Assembly (NCBI RefSeq): GCF_004010195.1
Contig: NC_057714.1
Span: 46,265,922 to 46,329,921 of the forward strand
Origin: Chiloscyllium plagiosum
Taxonomy: Eukaryota
DNA: 64,000 nt
Direction of reading: 5' to 3'
The notes under the pieces are model-generated. The model saw only the letters and a program-made list of their open reading frames with translations, was not told the origin of the DNA and did not search any database. Shown here piece after piece: positions 1 to 14,114 of this stretch; position 1 is the stretch's first letter; the number at the start of each line of letters is the position of its first letter. The translations under genes and the position numbers were made by a program.

Positions 1-148
1 GAAAGAAGTACACAGTTATGCTTAAAGAAAATTAGATGACAAAACAGAGATTGGATAGGAGTATAAACGCCAGCATGAACCAACTGACATTTGACAACAT
101 TGTGAACACTTTTATATGGGATAAATCAGAATTGAGATACCAACCTAC

Positions 149-338
149 CTTTCCAGTAGCGGTTCCAGCCAACCTATATGGCATTCACAATGGCAGTCCA
201 AGAACGTCAAGACATCACCTGTCGCTATAGATGCGCCCAACAATCGTGCACGAACTAAACCTTCTCTCTTTCGTGCTCGTATCAACCGCACTTTGCGAAG
301 AGTAGCCACGTAGTCTTCTAAAGGCTTTTTCAGGTGTT
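149..338 (-). CDS. GALNT12: GALNT12 coding exon 3 (contains the Mn-binding DxH motif)
   Basis: Acceptor ttgctttcccag|AA. Encodes [64 protein letters not shown]. Donor AG|gtaggt; 190 nt. The gene continues beyond position 1. Confidence 0.95.
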
Positions 339-639
339 CTGGGAAAGCAAATAACAAGAAATTAAAAGCCAGATATTACAATAAAGGTTTCTGTTTTGGT
401 GCAACTTTTCCAGAAAATTTTTCAAATGTATCGCACTACAAACTCACTACAGTAACACGATCATTCTCAACTTTTTTTTTTAAGTTACTCTTCAATTGCA
501 GCTTTAAATCGGATACAAGGCCATTTATGTATGGGATGCAATAGGTCAGATTTCAGAGCAGCATGTAAATTCAGTGCAGAGAGGAAAGAGGTACTTTTTG
601 CTTGTTTTTTTTAGTTGATAGCTTGTAAACTCTGAGAAT

Positions 640-3600
640 AAACAGAAACTCAGGATGAGGGGCCCAGCACAAAGCAAAGAGTGACATCACAGGAGATGTG
701 TCAGTTCATGGGTTGATAATAGATTAGAAATTACTTTCCAATTGCAGATAAAGGCAGAAATACTTACAGATTACAAGCTAAAAGACCAGTAGGATTTTTA
801 TTAGAAAACAAATTAAGAACAGATTAAATAGAGATGCAGGGCCACATGATGTATTGTGCCTGCACGCGGGGGCTAGTGGACCACACTGTGGTTCACAGTG
901 ACCACATCTGTAACAAGTGTCTACTGCTTGTGAAATTCAGCTCAAAGTTGATGAGCTGGAGTCTGAGCTTTGAACATTGCAACACATCAGGGAGAGGCAA
1001 GAGTTAACTGTATGCTGCACTGCAGGAGGCACTCACACCACTTAGATTAACTACCTTGAAGTCAGTCAGGGGTGACTCAATGAGATAGGTTGTGGGATCC
1101 AGGAGATGGTGCTGAAAGCACCTCAGTCTTTGAGATCATCTAAAAGATTTGAGATTCTTGCACCTTGTATGGCTGAGAGCAGAGGCTGGAGGGAGGGGAT
1201 GAGCAAAACGACCACAGCACCATGGTAAAGGGAGGCATGCAAGAGAGGGCAAAAAGAGAAATGTAGTTGCAATCAGGATAGTACAGTCAGGGGAATAGAC
1301 ACTGTTCTGTGGTCAGGATCGAGAGTCCTCAAGCTGGATTTCCCGGTCTGGTGCCCTGGTTCAGGATTTGTCCACGGGGTTGCAGAGGAACTCTAAATGG
1401 GAAGGGAATATCCAGTTGTTGTGGTCCATGTAGGTACCAATGACATAGGTAGAAAGAGGGAAGGAGGTTCTGCTGAAGAAGTATGAGCAGCTAGAGACTA
1501 AATCAAAAAGCAGAACCAAAAAACGTAATTATCTCCAGATTACTATCAGAGACTCAAGTTAGTTAGCATGTGGTCAACAAAATTAAAGAGGTAAATATAT
1601 GGCTCAAGGATTGGTGCAATAGAAATTGGTTCAAAACTCCTGGGACTTTGGCACCAGTATTGCAGAAGGAGGGAGTTGTTCTGATAGGACATGTTCCACC
1701 TGAATCATGCTGGGACCAGAATCTTTGCAAATCACATAACAAGAACTGACATAGGTAAAGGAGAACGGAGGATTGCAGGTTGGTGACAAGTTGATTTTTT
1801 GATTGCAGCTTAAAGAATACGGAGTGGCCTGGATAGACTGAATGTGGAGATGTTTCCAAAAGCACAGCCTCAAAGTGAAGATGACCCTTTAGAGGTGAAA
1901 TGAGGAGCTACTTCTTCTGCCAGAGGATGGTTGATCTATAGAACTCATTGCTACAGAAGGCTGTGGAGGCCAAGTCATCGAGTGTTTTTGAGAGAGAGGT
2001 AGATAGGCTCATGGTGAGTAAGGGGATCAAGGGTTACAGGGAGAAGGCAGAAAAATGGGTTTGAGAAACATATCAGCCACGAACAAATAGCACAGTAGCC
2101 TCAATAAGCTGAATGGCCTAATACTGCTTCTATATCTTACTGTCTGTCTATCCAAAAAAAGGAAGTGACAGAATGTATGAATGTCAGATTGTACCAAGGA
2201 ACCATGCAAGTGCAGGGAGATTAGATGATAGAATAGACTTAAAGCCTTTATATTTAGTGCACAAAGCATTTGGAAAAAGATAGATAACTGACAGATGAAA
2301 TCACATTAAATGAATATGATCTCATAGCTATTACAGAAACATAGTTACTAGGAGATCAAAACTGGGAACATAATATTCAGGAATATTTGACCTTTCAGAA
2401 AGGCTTGGGGATGGAAAAGGTGCTGGGATAGCGCTGTTAAGAAATGAAACGAGGACAGTTGCGAGAGGTGATGTAGGCCCGGATGATGTGGAGTCCATTG
2501 GAGTAGAGGTAAAAATCAGCAAGGGACAGACAACTATGTTAGGAGCATTGTCTAAACCCTTGAACACTGAAGGACACGCTATAAATCAGATTGTCGGAGC
2601 ACGTAAAAAGAATAGAGCAAAAACGATGGGTGATTTTAATCTTAATGCTTAATGGGTTAATCAAATTGGAAAAGGTAGCCATAACAATGAATTCAAAGAG
2701 TGCATTTGAAATAGTTTTCTAAAGCATTACATCATGGAGTCAGCCAGGGAGCAGGCCACCCAGGATCTGCTAATGGGTAATGACGCAGGTTTAATAAAAG
2801 GACCTCCAAGTAAAAGATCCCCTAGGAAGTAGTAACCACAACATGACGGAATTTAATACTCAGTTCGAGAGTAAGAAACTTGGTTCAGAAACAACTGTGT
2901 TCAACGTAAAGAAATTACAATGAAACGAGGATAGCGAAAATGACTGGTTGGATAGATTAGCAGCATTGACAGTAAGCAAGCAGTGAGTGGCAGACATTTA
3001 AGGAGTTAATTCATGACCCTCAGCAAAAATATATCCCAATAAGGAGGAAAGATTCTGAGAGAAGGGTAGCAAACGATGGCTAATCAAGGATGTTAAGGAG
3101 AGTATAAAGTTGAAAAGAAAAGCATAATAAAAATAGGATGTCAAACCCAGTAATAGCCCCAAACACTAGAATAAATTCAGAATCCAACAAATGAGGACTA
3201 AAAAGATAGTAAAGACAGAAAATAAACGAGGGCAAACTAATGGGGAGTATTAAAACTGATAATACGAGCTTCTTGAAATATATGAAAAGGGGAGAGGTCA
3301 GACTGAATATAAGCCACTTAGCAAATTAATCTGTGGAATAAGAGGTTGAACAGATACTTAACATCAGTCTTTATGGTGGAAGACATTCCATTAACACCAA
3401 AGAATACAGAGGAGGAATTAAGTGCCATCACAATCAATAAAGTTGTAGCATTAAACAGACTAATGGAGCTAAAGGCAGGGGAGTCCCCTTGCCTTTATGA
3501 TTTATATCCTAGGATCCTAAAAGAGGTTGCTACACAGTTGAGGCATTGGTTGCAATTTTCTAAAAACCAAGTAATAGCAGAGCATTTTGAAAATCATAAT

Positions 3601-4825
3601 CTAATCAGGTAGAGTCAGCATGACTTTAGGAAAGGGAAATCATGTCTAACTAATTTTTTTTCCCCCAAGAATGTCTGAACCCGAATGGATAGACAGGAAC
3701 CAGTAGATGTGTTGTACTTATACTTCCAGTCAAGATACCTCAGAAAAGTGTGTGATTAGATGAGAGCCCAGACTGTTGAAGATAGTACATCGGCATGGAT
3801 AGAGAATTGGCTAATGTGCAGCAAACAGCAAGTGGGGAGAAGTGGTTCTTTTTCAGGTTGGCAATGTGACCAGTGGGTTCCACAGGAATCCGTGCTGGTG
3901 CCACAACTGTTTACAATATATAATTAGGACTTGGAGTAAGGAGATGAATGTACTAGAGTCCAAATTGCAGACAACACAAAACTCGGTGGAAACACAGGAT
4001 AAGAGGGGGATACAAACATATTACAGAGAGATACTGAAAGGTTAAGTAAGTGGACAAAAAGAATAAAACATGGGGAAATGCAAAGTTGTTCACTTTGAAA
4101 GGGAGAACAAAAGAACAAAATATGATTTAAATTGTGAACAAAAACTGCAGGAACGTGCAACACTAAGGGTCTTGAGGGTACTCCTGCACAAAACACAAAG
4201 CTAGCACACAGCTGCAGCAGGCACTCAAGAATGTTTCATGGGAGTTCAAGCATAAGAGTAAGGAAGTCTTTCAGCAACCATACATTATGCTGGTGAGACC
4301 ACTTCTGGAGTATTGAAAGCAGTTTTGGTCCCCTCATTTAATTGGCAGGAATTCAGAGAAGGTTCATGGTGATGAACAAAGCTTGGAACTCAACTTACTG
4401 GAGTTTAGAAGAATGAGATTAACTCTGTGTTTTACAAAGTTTTCATTGAAACATATAGGATTCTTAATGGGCTTGACAGGGTAAATGCTGAGAGGATATT
4501 TTCCTTCATGGGAGAGTCTAGGATCAGAGGGCATTGATGCCCCTTCATGCTGAGACAATTTAAGACTCAGTTTATGAGGAATTTCTTCTTTCAGAAGGTT
4601 GAATGTCTTGGAACTCCTTGCCACAGACAGCTTTGAGGGCACAGCTCTTGTGTATATTTAAGGCTGAGATAAATAGATTCTTGATCAGTGTGGGAATCAA
4701 GGGTTATGGGGAAAGGGCAGGAAAGTGGACGCTAGGAATGTTAGATCAGCCATCATCCTATTGAATGGCAGAGCAGGCTCAAGGAGCCAAACAACCTATT
4801 CCTATTCCCGTTCCTGTGTTTTATG
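640..4825 (+). mobile_element. Near full-length degenerate CR1 LINE with a nested CR1 3' fragment (about 1776-2145)
   Basis: ORF1 relics (Cys-rich N-terminus, esterase-like VVVHVGTND motif near 1415-1445), endonuclease and RT remnants, and a CR1 3' end. Many stops and frameshifts. Confidence 0.8.
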
Positions 4826-5619
4826 GTTGAACAAACTTATATTCTCACATATGGCACAAGAATATGGTTTTGTCAGCTCTGAAACTGATGGCAAACTAAC
4901 TAAACAACCACAGACTTGGCAAGGTTCTGAGTAAGGTTTCAGCAAGCTGCATATGCCAGATAGAAAACACTAAATGATTTAATTACAACACACTGAACAA
5001 CCATAAACTTTTATTTGCACATGATGAGTTTAAACATTAATATAATAACATTTGAGAGAAGTGGAAAAGCACACACAATTTGGAGCTCACTGAGCCTTGT
5101 CAAAGCAACATTGGCAGTTGCTATAATCATAGTGTTAAGTCTGGGCAACTGCCACTGGTGACTCATGGTTGGGTTAAATGCTAACACCAATCTTCCTTTC
5201 TATGCTGCTCAGTCATCTTTGGTGGAGGAATGACCATGAATAAGACACAGCAGAAGAGGTTGTCTCTTCTCCTTGGTATATTATACAATAGGTAACAAGA
5301 CAGATTACATGAACTCAAATAAATTAACTATCGCAAATAAAAATAGAAAACACGTGCCTTCATCAGGAGACGTGTCAGTGTCCAATAACTCCGAACTGCC
5401 CTCAGATTCCATATGGCAGTAATTATATATCAGATTGTGATGCCATGTTAGTGCCCCTTTTTGGAGCCAGAGACATTGGTTTACGTCCCATCTCATCACA
5501 TTCCTGGAAAGGTTAATTTAAAGGTATCCACGTCCAAACAGTCAGAGCTTCAGCATAGCCATATTTTAACTTTATCATGACTATTACAATATACAACAAC
5601 AATAGCAATAGAGACTCCA

Positions 5620-6830
5620 ACCATCAACCCTTGAGATTCAATAGCATCACAATCGCTGAATAGCACTGACCTAAAATTGATCTGGACAACGAATACTGTG
5701 GCATTAACAGTAAGTCAAAGAGTAGGACCTCTGCAGTTGTAACGTTAAAAGATTAGATTGCACTCTTTCTCTAGACATTAATGCAATATTAAAGGGTTAA
5801 ACTGTACTGTTTTTGAGTGGGGGTGACATTCACGCAGGAATGTGGATGACTCCCACTTCATTTGGCCAGCCATTTACTACTACTGCCCTGCTAATATCAA
5901 ATTAAAACTCTCATTCAATCCCTTCCATTCAGAAATGTTTTCCTAGCCATCCCCCTATCTAGGGCATATCACACCTACATAGTCCCTACGATGAGGGAAT
6001 TTACATTTACATTATCTCAGAGAACGACCTCATCCTACCATTGTACCTGGGGTACCATGTGATTATGGGGGAGCGGCCAAAGTACCTGGAAGCATTACCA
6101 ACTGACCTGTATAAAGGGGATGTGTTTTCTTTCCTCAAGGACTCTTTTGACTCTATTTTACCCACCTGTGAGGAGGGTCAAAGGGGGGCCACACAGCTTG
6201 TACAGGCTTTAGTAAACTTTAACTGTTTGCAGAAGTTGGTGTGTGTAAATTGCACCTCGTGTGTGAGACACCTCGGGAAAAGAACCTAACGCAGTAACTA
6301 TATTAATTCACTTCCTGATTCTGAAAGCCTATGTTCCTGCAAGGTACAGTCAGGAGCAAGACTCCACTTGCTTGAATGGTGACAGCTCCATCAACAGTTA
6401 AGAAGCTCATCAGGTAAAGTAGCTTGCTTGACTGTCACCCTATCCTATATTTTCAACACACACTCCTTCCACCACTGATATACACTGGCAGCAACATATA
6501 CAAGATGGACTGCAAAACTCTCCAAGGTTCGACGGACAGCACCCTCACACCGACAACCTCGACCACCCAGAAGGGCAAAAGATGCACCCAAACATCACTT
6601 CTGCAGTACCTATCTCTTCCCTCCTCTTCACCCCCATCCTCCACTCCTCCAAGTTCACATCCTGATTTGGTGCTAGACGGATTCAAAATCCTAGAATTCC
6701 CTTTCTGAAGTGTCCACCTGCAAACCACAAGTACTACAGTATTTCAAGACGACAGTTCACTATCACCTTCTAATGGGCAACAAATGCTGGCCAAGCTAGG
6801 AAAGTCCACATCACACGAAAGAAAATAGAA
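5620..6830 (+). mobile_element. 3' part of a second LINE family (CR1/L2 group), split by a solo LTR
   Basis: Tail gggcaacaaatgctggcc...cacatcacacgaaagaaaa is shared with copies at about 17030-17310, 18900-19570 and 44100-44480. Confidence 0.6.
5738..6290 (+). mobile_element. Solo LTR
   Basis: Starts TGTAAC and is flanked by direct repeat GCAGT (5733-5737 and 6291-6295). TATAAA at 6110 and polyA variant AGTAAA at 6211. The host LINE resumes after it. The 3' end lacks a perfect CA. Confidence 0.65.
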
Positions 6831-7971
6831 TCTTTCCTATTTCGTCAGACTGTAAAACTGAAGTATGGATGCCAGCCAAGCTTTTTGAGCAATACCATCA
6901 AATGTTTTACGGCCATCAGAGGATACCCCAAATGAACAATCTAAGCAACCAATTCGTAGAACAATTGATCTGCTTCTTCGCCAAACAGCTCTCTCAAGGT
7001 GCATGTTGAGAAGAAAACTGTACCACAAACACTATAATTACTACTCAATTGATGGAAAACACAGAATAAAGCAGCTTTTCAGGATTATGTTAAAGTATTT
7101 AGATAACAATGACAACCATTTAAAGCTCAAACATAAAAGCATTTGTCATTGTTGTAAAGCACAAGTAACATTTGCTTATCTATTAAGGAATTGTAGTTTG
7201 AGATTTCTGAACCTTGTGCTCTGATCAATTAGCTCCAAAAGAAAACACATCTGAATATCAGAGCACTTTTCACAACAAGTCAGAACCTAAAGTAGCAATA
7301 ATAACAAATAGCTTGTTGCATATAGACTGGGAAATGGTCATAAATTAAATATTGATTTGTAAAGGTATTATTACTGAAGCTTCTCTTCTAAAAAAAACCC
7401 CAAGGAGGAACAATAAGAATAAAATGAAAATTTGGATGCTCAATGACATGATTATCTTTTGCTATGCATACTTCACAAAACAAAGTCATCTAAATATGAA
7501 GTTATATCTGATGATTTGTAAAGTTGTCAGCCTGTGACTTCCAGCAATAAAAGTTAAGCTTTTTATTTTATACAGAAACACTTTATAACATTTACTTAAG
7601 AAATAATCTTGTTTTAAAAATGGGTCAATCAAGGAATAATATGCAGCGACACTAAAAGTAAATCCCTGCCAATATTGTAAATTAGTGTGTCAGTAGCTTG
7701 TGCATGATTAAAAAAATGTTTTCCTGTCCAAATTTTTTGTATATTCCTCCTTATGCAATATAATTCACGGTGATTCAGTGCAACGACCTAAAACTTCAAA
7801 CAATACAGACCGTGAAGATCACAGAAAATGGAATATATACTTGCCCTACAAAATCCATCCAAACAAGTTCATATTAAAGCATTTGTAACCAGAATCTCCA
7901 AGAAAACAATCAATTTAGACCTCCTCTTGAGGTCCCCAGCATGGCAGATTCCAATCTTCACTGAATCGTTC

Positions 7972-8335
7972 TTTTTGTTATTCATCCTTGGGATGTGGAA
8001 ACCACTTCCTGGACCTGCATTTATTAGCCATACTCAAATAGCCTTCAAATGAGAGCCTTGCTAGGCCATTTCATATGGAAGTTAAAAGTCAATCATGTTG
8101 CTGTAAGTCCAGATTCACATGCAGGCCATACCAGTAGGTTTGGCTGACAACCTTCCCTGAAGGACATGGGTGAACCAGACAGATTTTTACAATAATTGAC
8201 AATGGCCGCTACATCATTATCAGACTCGCTTTTAAATTTGATGTTTTTCAGTTGAATTTGAATTTCATCGTGGGATTCCAAAGCATATCCCCAGAATATT
8301 AGATTACTCGTTCAGTAACATTTCCAGTGCACCAC
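7972..8335 (-). mobile_element. tRNA-derived SINE, SacSINE1-like; another copy at about 41085-41270 (+)
   Basis: Both copies share the aaaacccatctggttcac-type core and a LINE-derived tail. Family name is from recall. Confidence 0.5.
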
Positions 8336-8803
8336 CAATTGAAGGTTGCCAGGACATTCCCACAAAAGTACTAAAAGTTTATGACCCTAGCCAAACAGCT
8401 TCAACATGGCATCTATCTAGAAACATGGAAAATTTTCCAGTTATGTCCTGACCACAAAAGGCAGGCCAAATTAATCCAGCTAATTATCACTCGAACAGTC
8501 TACTCCAGATCATAAACAAGAAGAAATAATTGACAGTACCATCAGGAAGCTTTTCTTGAATAATGGCTGGCTTACTGACATTGATTCGCATTCTATCACA
8601 GCTACTCAGTTCCTGGCCTCATTACCACCTTGGCTGAAACATGGGCAGAAAAGATGAAATCCAGCGATGAGGTAACAATCTTTGACATCAAGGTAATATT
8701 TGATCAAGTGTGACACCAAGAAGCCTTAACAAAAATGAAGTCAATAGGAATCAGGGACAGGACTTCCCACTAGCTGGAGTTATGCCTAGTACAAAGGTAA
8801 ATA

Positions 8804-9538
8804 CAGAGGAATCGCGATTATCCAAATACCAATTATCCAAAAATTGGATTATCCAAAGGAGATCTCGCGGTCCTGATGGAAACATTACATAAAAGGCATG
8901 TTTCCAACAATGATCGCGTCTTTTGTTTACAGTGATTAAACAGGCATCGTCTCCAAATTACTGACCTCCCGCCCTCTCTCTCCCTCCACACTTTCCCTGG
9001 AATTCTATACAGGGGCATACCCTAAACCTCCCTTCCCCAAGTAGTCTCTCCAATATTGCTCTGTACAAGTGAAGGTGGAACCTGTCAAAACATTGCAGTA
9101 CAAAGTTGTGGGGCTGTGGCTGCTTGTGCGTGTGCTATTTGAAGACTTACCCCCACAAAGGTAGGAGCTGCAGCATTCTGTTGTTGGTGTCCAGTCCAGC
9201 TGCCCCGGAGAGGGGGCGGGTGTGTACGGGGTTGGGGGGCGGTGTTAGATGAGGTTTGGGGTGGGGGGAGGTGTTGCACTGGGTTGGGGGCGGAGNNNNN
9301 NNNNNNNNNNNNNNNNNNNNNNNNNNNNNNNTGTATGGTGTTAGAGGTGGTGGGGCAGTGTCTGACGGCGTTGGGGGTGGGGGATTTGGGGCAGGGCCTC
9401 ATGCGCTGTGTGCTGCTGCAGTCTCCTGAACGAGGAGCAGACTTTAAAAACACGGAGCCCTAGAGGAAAGGCATTTAATCGATTATCCAAACGAAAACAT
9501 GCCCGCCCATCACATTCGGAAAAATCGAGGTTCCCCTG
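8804..9538. mobile_element. Tc1/mariner (pogo/Tigger-like) non-autonomous MITE inserted in a LINE RT relic
   Basis: TA at 8802-8803 and 9539-9540. Imperfect 24-bp terminal inverted repeats: CAGAGGAATCGCGATTATCCAAAT versus reverse complement CAGGGGAACCTCGATTTTTCCGAAT. Subterminal ATTATCCAAA repeats; no transposase. Confidence 0.8.
9296..9331. other. Assembly gap (36 N)
   Basis: N run within the G-rich interior of the MITE. Confidence 1.
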
Positions 9539-10744
9539 TAGTTGTGACTGTTGGAGGTCAGTCATCTCAACTTGGGACATCACTGCAGCAGTTCAAGAGA
9601 TAGTGTCCTAGTCCCAATTAGCATTAGTTTGTTAGATAAATGACCTTCCTTTCTTCATAAGAGGGGAGATTTGCTGTGATTGCAAAATATTAAATACCAG
9701 CTGCAACTCTTCAGATACGAAAGCTGTCCAGGCCCACATACAGCAAGATCTGTATAACATCCATTCTTGGGCTAATATGTGACTTATAGTATTCATGTCA
9801 TACAAATGCCAAGCAATGACCACCTTTAAATCGATCAGGTCTGACCATCTTCAGCTGCTTCATCAATTGCCTTGCCCCCCCCATCAAAAATGTCAGAAGT
9901 GGGATTGTTTGCTGATGATTGTCCAACGTTCAGCACCATTACTGACTGCTCAGATACTGAAAAGTCCATATTCAGCAAGAGCTGAGTAAAATTCAGGCTT
10001 CGGTGGATAAATGGCAAGTCAGGTGATCTCCGTAGCCATATTCCTGTATTTCTTCAGTTTTAAACCATTTTAGTCTCAGGTGTTATCATCAGATGATGGA
10101 ATCAAAAATTGACAATATATACCATACCAATATTGTAACAACTAAAAAATAATATTCATGACAAACAATACTTCCTTTACCAGGATTTGAAAGATGCAAC
10201 ATTGTTGCTTTTTATACAGAAGCCATGCCTGTGGAACGTTTAAAATGACACTAAATTGCAAAGTTAAACATGAGTTTTCAATTCCGACAAGTCAGATTGG
10301 ACTCAAAAGTTAATTCTATTTCTCTCTCCATTGATGTTAAAAACAGGAAATGGTAAATATTTACAAGCTACCAAGTAAAACACCACTATGATTTATTTTT
10401 AAAATAAAATTGAGAAGTCATTAAAATAAGAAACTCAGGCCAGGGAGGTGTGTTGTATCTGCATGATGTGGGGGTTGGTGGACTCCACTGTGGTTCATAT
10501 TGACCACATCTGTAGCAACTATTGGCTGCTTGAGGAATTCCAGCTTAGAATTGATGTGACAGAGTCTGAGTTTTGAGTACTGCCATACATCAGGGAGGGG
10601 AAAGAGTTTCCTAGACATTGATTTAGGAGACAATCACACCCCTTAGATTAACTACCTCAAATTCAGTGGTCAGGGACAGGTAGAGAGAACTGGGAGGTAG
10701 TGCAGAAGGACCCTCAGTCCTTGAGCTTATCTTACAGGTTTGAA

Positions 10745-11058
10745 TAGATTCCCTACATTATGGGAAAAGGCCCTTCGGTCCAACAAGTCCACACCAACCC
10801 TCTGTAAAGTAACCCACCCAGACCCATTCCCCTACCTTACCTGATTTACCCCTGACTAATGCACCTAATACTATGGGCTATTTATCATGGCCTGCAAATT
10901 TTTGGATTGTGGGAGGAAACTAGAGCACCTGGAGGAAACCCACACAGACACGGGGAGAATGTGCAAACTCCACACAGACAGTCACCCAAGGCAGGTATCG
11001 AACCCCGGTCCCTGGTGTTGTGATGCATCAGTGTTAAACACTGAGCCACCGTGCTGCC
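10745..11058 (-). mobile_element. HE1-type shark SINE
   Basis: Reverse complement has the tRNA-like head GGCAGCACGGTGGCTCAGTG...GGGTTCGATACC, the central TGTGTGGAGTTTGCACATTCTCCCC block, and a LINE-like tail. Confidence 0.85.
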
Positions 11059-13921
11059 CTCAGCGTTTGAGATTCTTGCTCCGTGTGAATGAGAGTGGGG
11101 GCTGTAGGGAAGATGAGCAAACTAACCATAGCATCATGGGAAAGACAGCCATTCAAAAGGGGGCAATAAAAGAGAAATGTAGTTACCATCAGGGATAGTA
11201 CAGTCAAGGGAATAGACACGGTTCTCTGTGGTCAGGACCTAGAGTCCCGAAGGTTGCGTTGTCTGCCAGGTGTCCGGGTTCAGGATGTGATGTTGCCGAG
11301 AATAGAGGGTTTCAGATATAAAAATAAACTGGAAAGGCTTGGACTTATTTCACTGAAACACAGAAGGTTGAGGGGTTACCTTATCGAGGTTTATAAAACC
11401 ATGAAAGGCACAGAATGTGAATGACATGGGTCTTTTCCCTAGGGTGGGGGAAGTTAAAACTACGGGGCATTTTTTTTAAAAAGTGAGAGGAGAAAGATTT
11501 AAAAAGGACGTGAGGGGCAACTTTTTTCTTTGCAGAGTGAGTGATTCACATGTGGAATGAACTGCCAGAGAGAAATGGTGGCTGCAGGTACAGTTACAAC
11601 ATTGAAAGGTTCCTGAGCAGCAAAGGTTTGGGCCAAACACAGGCAGGTGGGATTAGTTTAGTTTGAGAACATGGTTGGCGTGGACTGGTTGAAACAAAGG
11701 GTCTGTTTCCATGCTGTAAGACCTCATCTCATCTGTGTTGCAGATGAACATGGAGTAAGAGTGGAAAGATCCAGTTGTTATGGTCCATGAAGGTACCAAT
11801 GATACAGTACAAAGAGGAAAGAAGTTCTGTTGAGCGAATATAAAAGCAGTCAGTAGCTAAGTGAAAAAGCAGAACCAAAATGATGAAAAGCTCTGGATTA
11901 CTACCTGAGCAACAAGCAAACTGGCACAGAGTCAACAAGATTATAGAGGTAAATACACGACTCAAATATGGAGGTGGGAGAAACGGGTTCAAATTCATGG
12001 GACATTGACACCAGTATGGGGGAAGGAGGGAGTTCTTCTAATGGGATGGGCTCCACCGGAATCATGCTGGGACCAGAGACCTGGCGAATCACAGAACTAG
12101 AGCTGTGGATAAGGCTTTAAAACAAATAGTGAGGGAGTGGGTTCAGTTACATGGAAAATTAAGGAAAAAGGTAAGGGATGGAGTGCTCAGGAAATGTTTT
12201 TAAAGTTTCTAAAACAACCAATAGGGCAGAGAGCATGGAAAATATCATGAATCTAACTTCAGGCACAGAAGGTAAGGGATCAACTATGAGAAGGGGTGGT
12301 TAGTCAATGCAGGACTGAAGGTGTTCTACTTGAATGCATGCAATATGTGAAATAAAGTGAGCTTGTAGCACAAATTGAAATTGGCAGATATGTGGATATC
12401 ACAGCTATGTTACAACCAGAGGATCACTGCTTGGAACGAAATATCCAAGGGTACACACCCTATCAAAAGGACAAACAGGTGGATAGAGAGGGTGTGACTG
12501 CCTTCTTAGTAAGAAATGAAATTAAATCAATTGCAAGAAGTGATATTAAGTCAGAAGATATAGAGTCTGTATGGGTAGAGTTGAAGAACCACATAAGAAA
12601 AAAAGACCCTGATGGGAGTTGTTTCCATGCCTCATAACAGTAGTCAGGATGTTGGCAGAAAATAAATCAGGAGATAAAAAAGCAACTACAAAATGCATTA
12701 GATTGGAAAGATGCAGAAGACATGAAATGATAGGCCAACTAGCATGGCCTCAGTTGCTGCTTAGATTTTACAGTCCGTTATAAAGGATGAGATTATAGAG
12801 TACTTTTAAGTCCTTGCCTTTGTCAAGGGGAGGTCATGCCTAACAAATCTGTTAGGATTCTTTTAGGTGATAACAAGCAAATTAGTCAAAGAATAGCCAG
12901 TGGACGTGATTTATTGGGATTTCCGGAAGACGTTTGATAACGTGTAACACGGGCTGCTAAATAAGAGCCCATGATGTTCAGGACAAGGTACTGGATAGAA
13001 GATTGGCTGACTGGCAAAAGGCAGAGAGTGGAGTTAAAGGGGTCTTTATCGAGATGATAGCAGGTGACTGGTAGAGTTCCGTAAGGGTCAGTGTTGGGGT
13101 CACAACTTTTCACGTTGTGCATTAACAATCTAGATGAAGGAACTGACAGCATCGTTGATGGGTTTGCAGATGGCAAAAAACAGGTGGAGGAACATGCAGT
13201 GTTGAAGTCGTAGGAAGACTACAGAAGGACTTGGACAAACTAAAAGATTGGGAAAGTAGTGGCAAACGGAATACAGATGAAGTATGGTGGTATGAGTTTT
13301 GGTAAGAAGAAGAGAGACATAAACTAAACAGGTAAAAGTTTGGGTAATCTGATGCACAAAGGCAGTCCTAGTTCAGATTCCCTTAGGTTCAGATAGCAGG
13401 TACGAAGGCAAATGCAACATTAACATTCATTTCAAGAGGGTTAGAATGCTGAGGTTCTAAAATGCTCTGGTCAGATTGTATATAAAATATTAAGAGCATT
13501 TTTGAGCATTTAAGGAACAGTATGCCAATGTTTGAGAGCGTCCAGAGGAGGTTTATAACAATGATCCCGGAAGTGAAGGGCTTGTCATGAGAGGAGTGAT
13601 TGGAGAATCTGGGTCTGTACTCGAAGTTTATAAGGATAAGTAGGGATCTGATTGAAACTTACAGAACACTAGATAGATGTTTCCACTAGTAGGGGAGATT
13701 GTGACCCAAGAGCACAGCCTCGGAGTGAAGGGACAATCCTTTAGAACAGCGATGAAGAGGAATTTCTTCAGCCAGAGGGTGGTTAATCTGTTGAACTCAC
13801 TGCCGCAGAGGGCTGTGGAGGCCAAGTCATTGAAGGCATTTAAGACAGCTAGATAGGTTCTTGATTTCTAACAGAATCAAGCGTTATGGAAAGAACGCAG
13901 GAAAATGGGATTGAAAAATAC

Positions 13922-14114
13922 ATCAGAGTCAAGAGAGTGGTGCTAGCAAAGCACAGCAGGTCAGACAGCATCTGAGGAGCAGAAGAATCGACGTTTCGGG
14001 CATGCCCGAAACATCAATTCTCCTGCTCCTTGGATGCTACCTGATCTGCTGTGCTTTTCCAGCACCACTCTCTCGACTCTGATCTCCAGCATCTGCAGTT
14101 CTCACTTTCTCCTA
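13922..14114. mobile_element. Fold-back Penelope-derived short element
   Basis: Imperfect palindrome 13922-14083 centred on CGGGCA|TGCCCG plus a unique 3' tail. 16-bp TSD TTGAAAAATAyAyCAG at 13911-13926 and 14116-14131. Confidence 0.75.
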
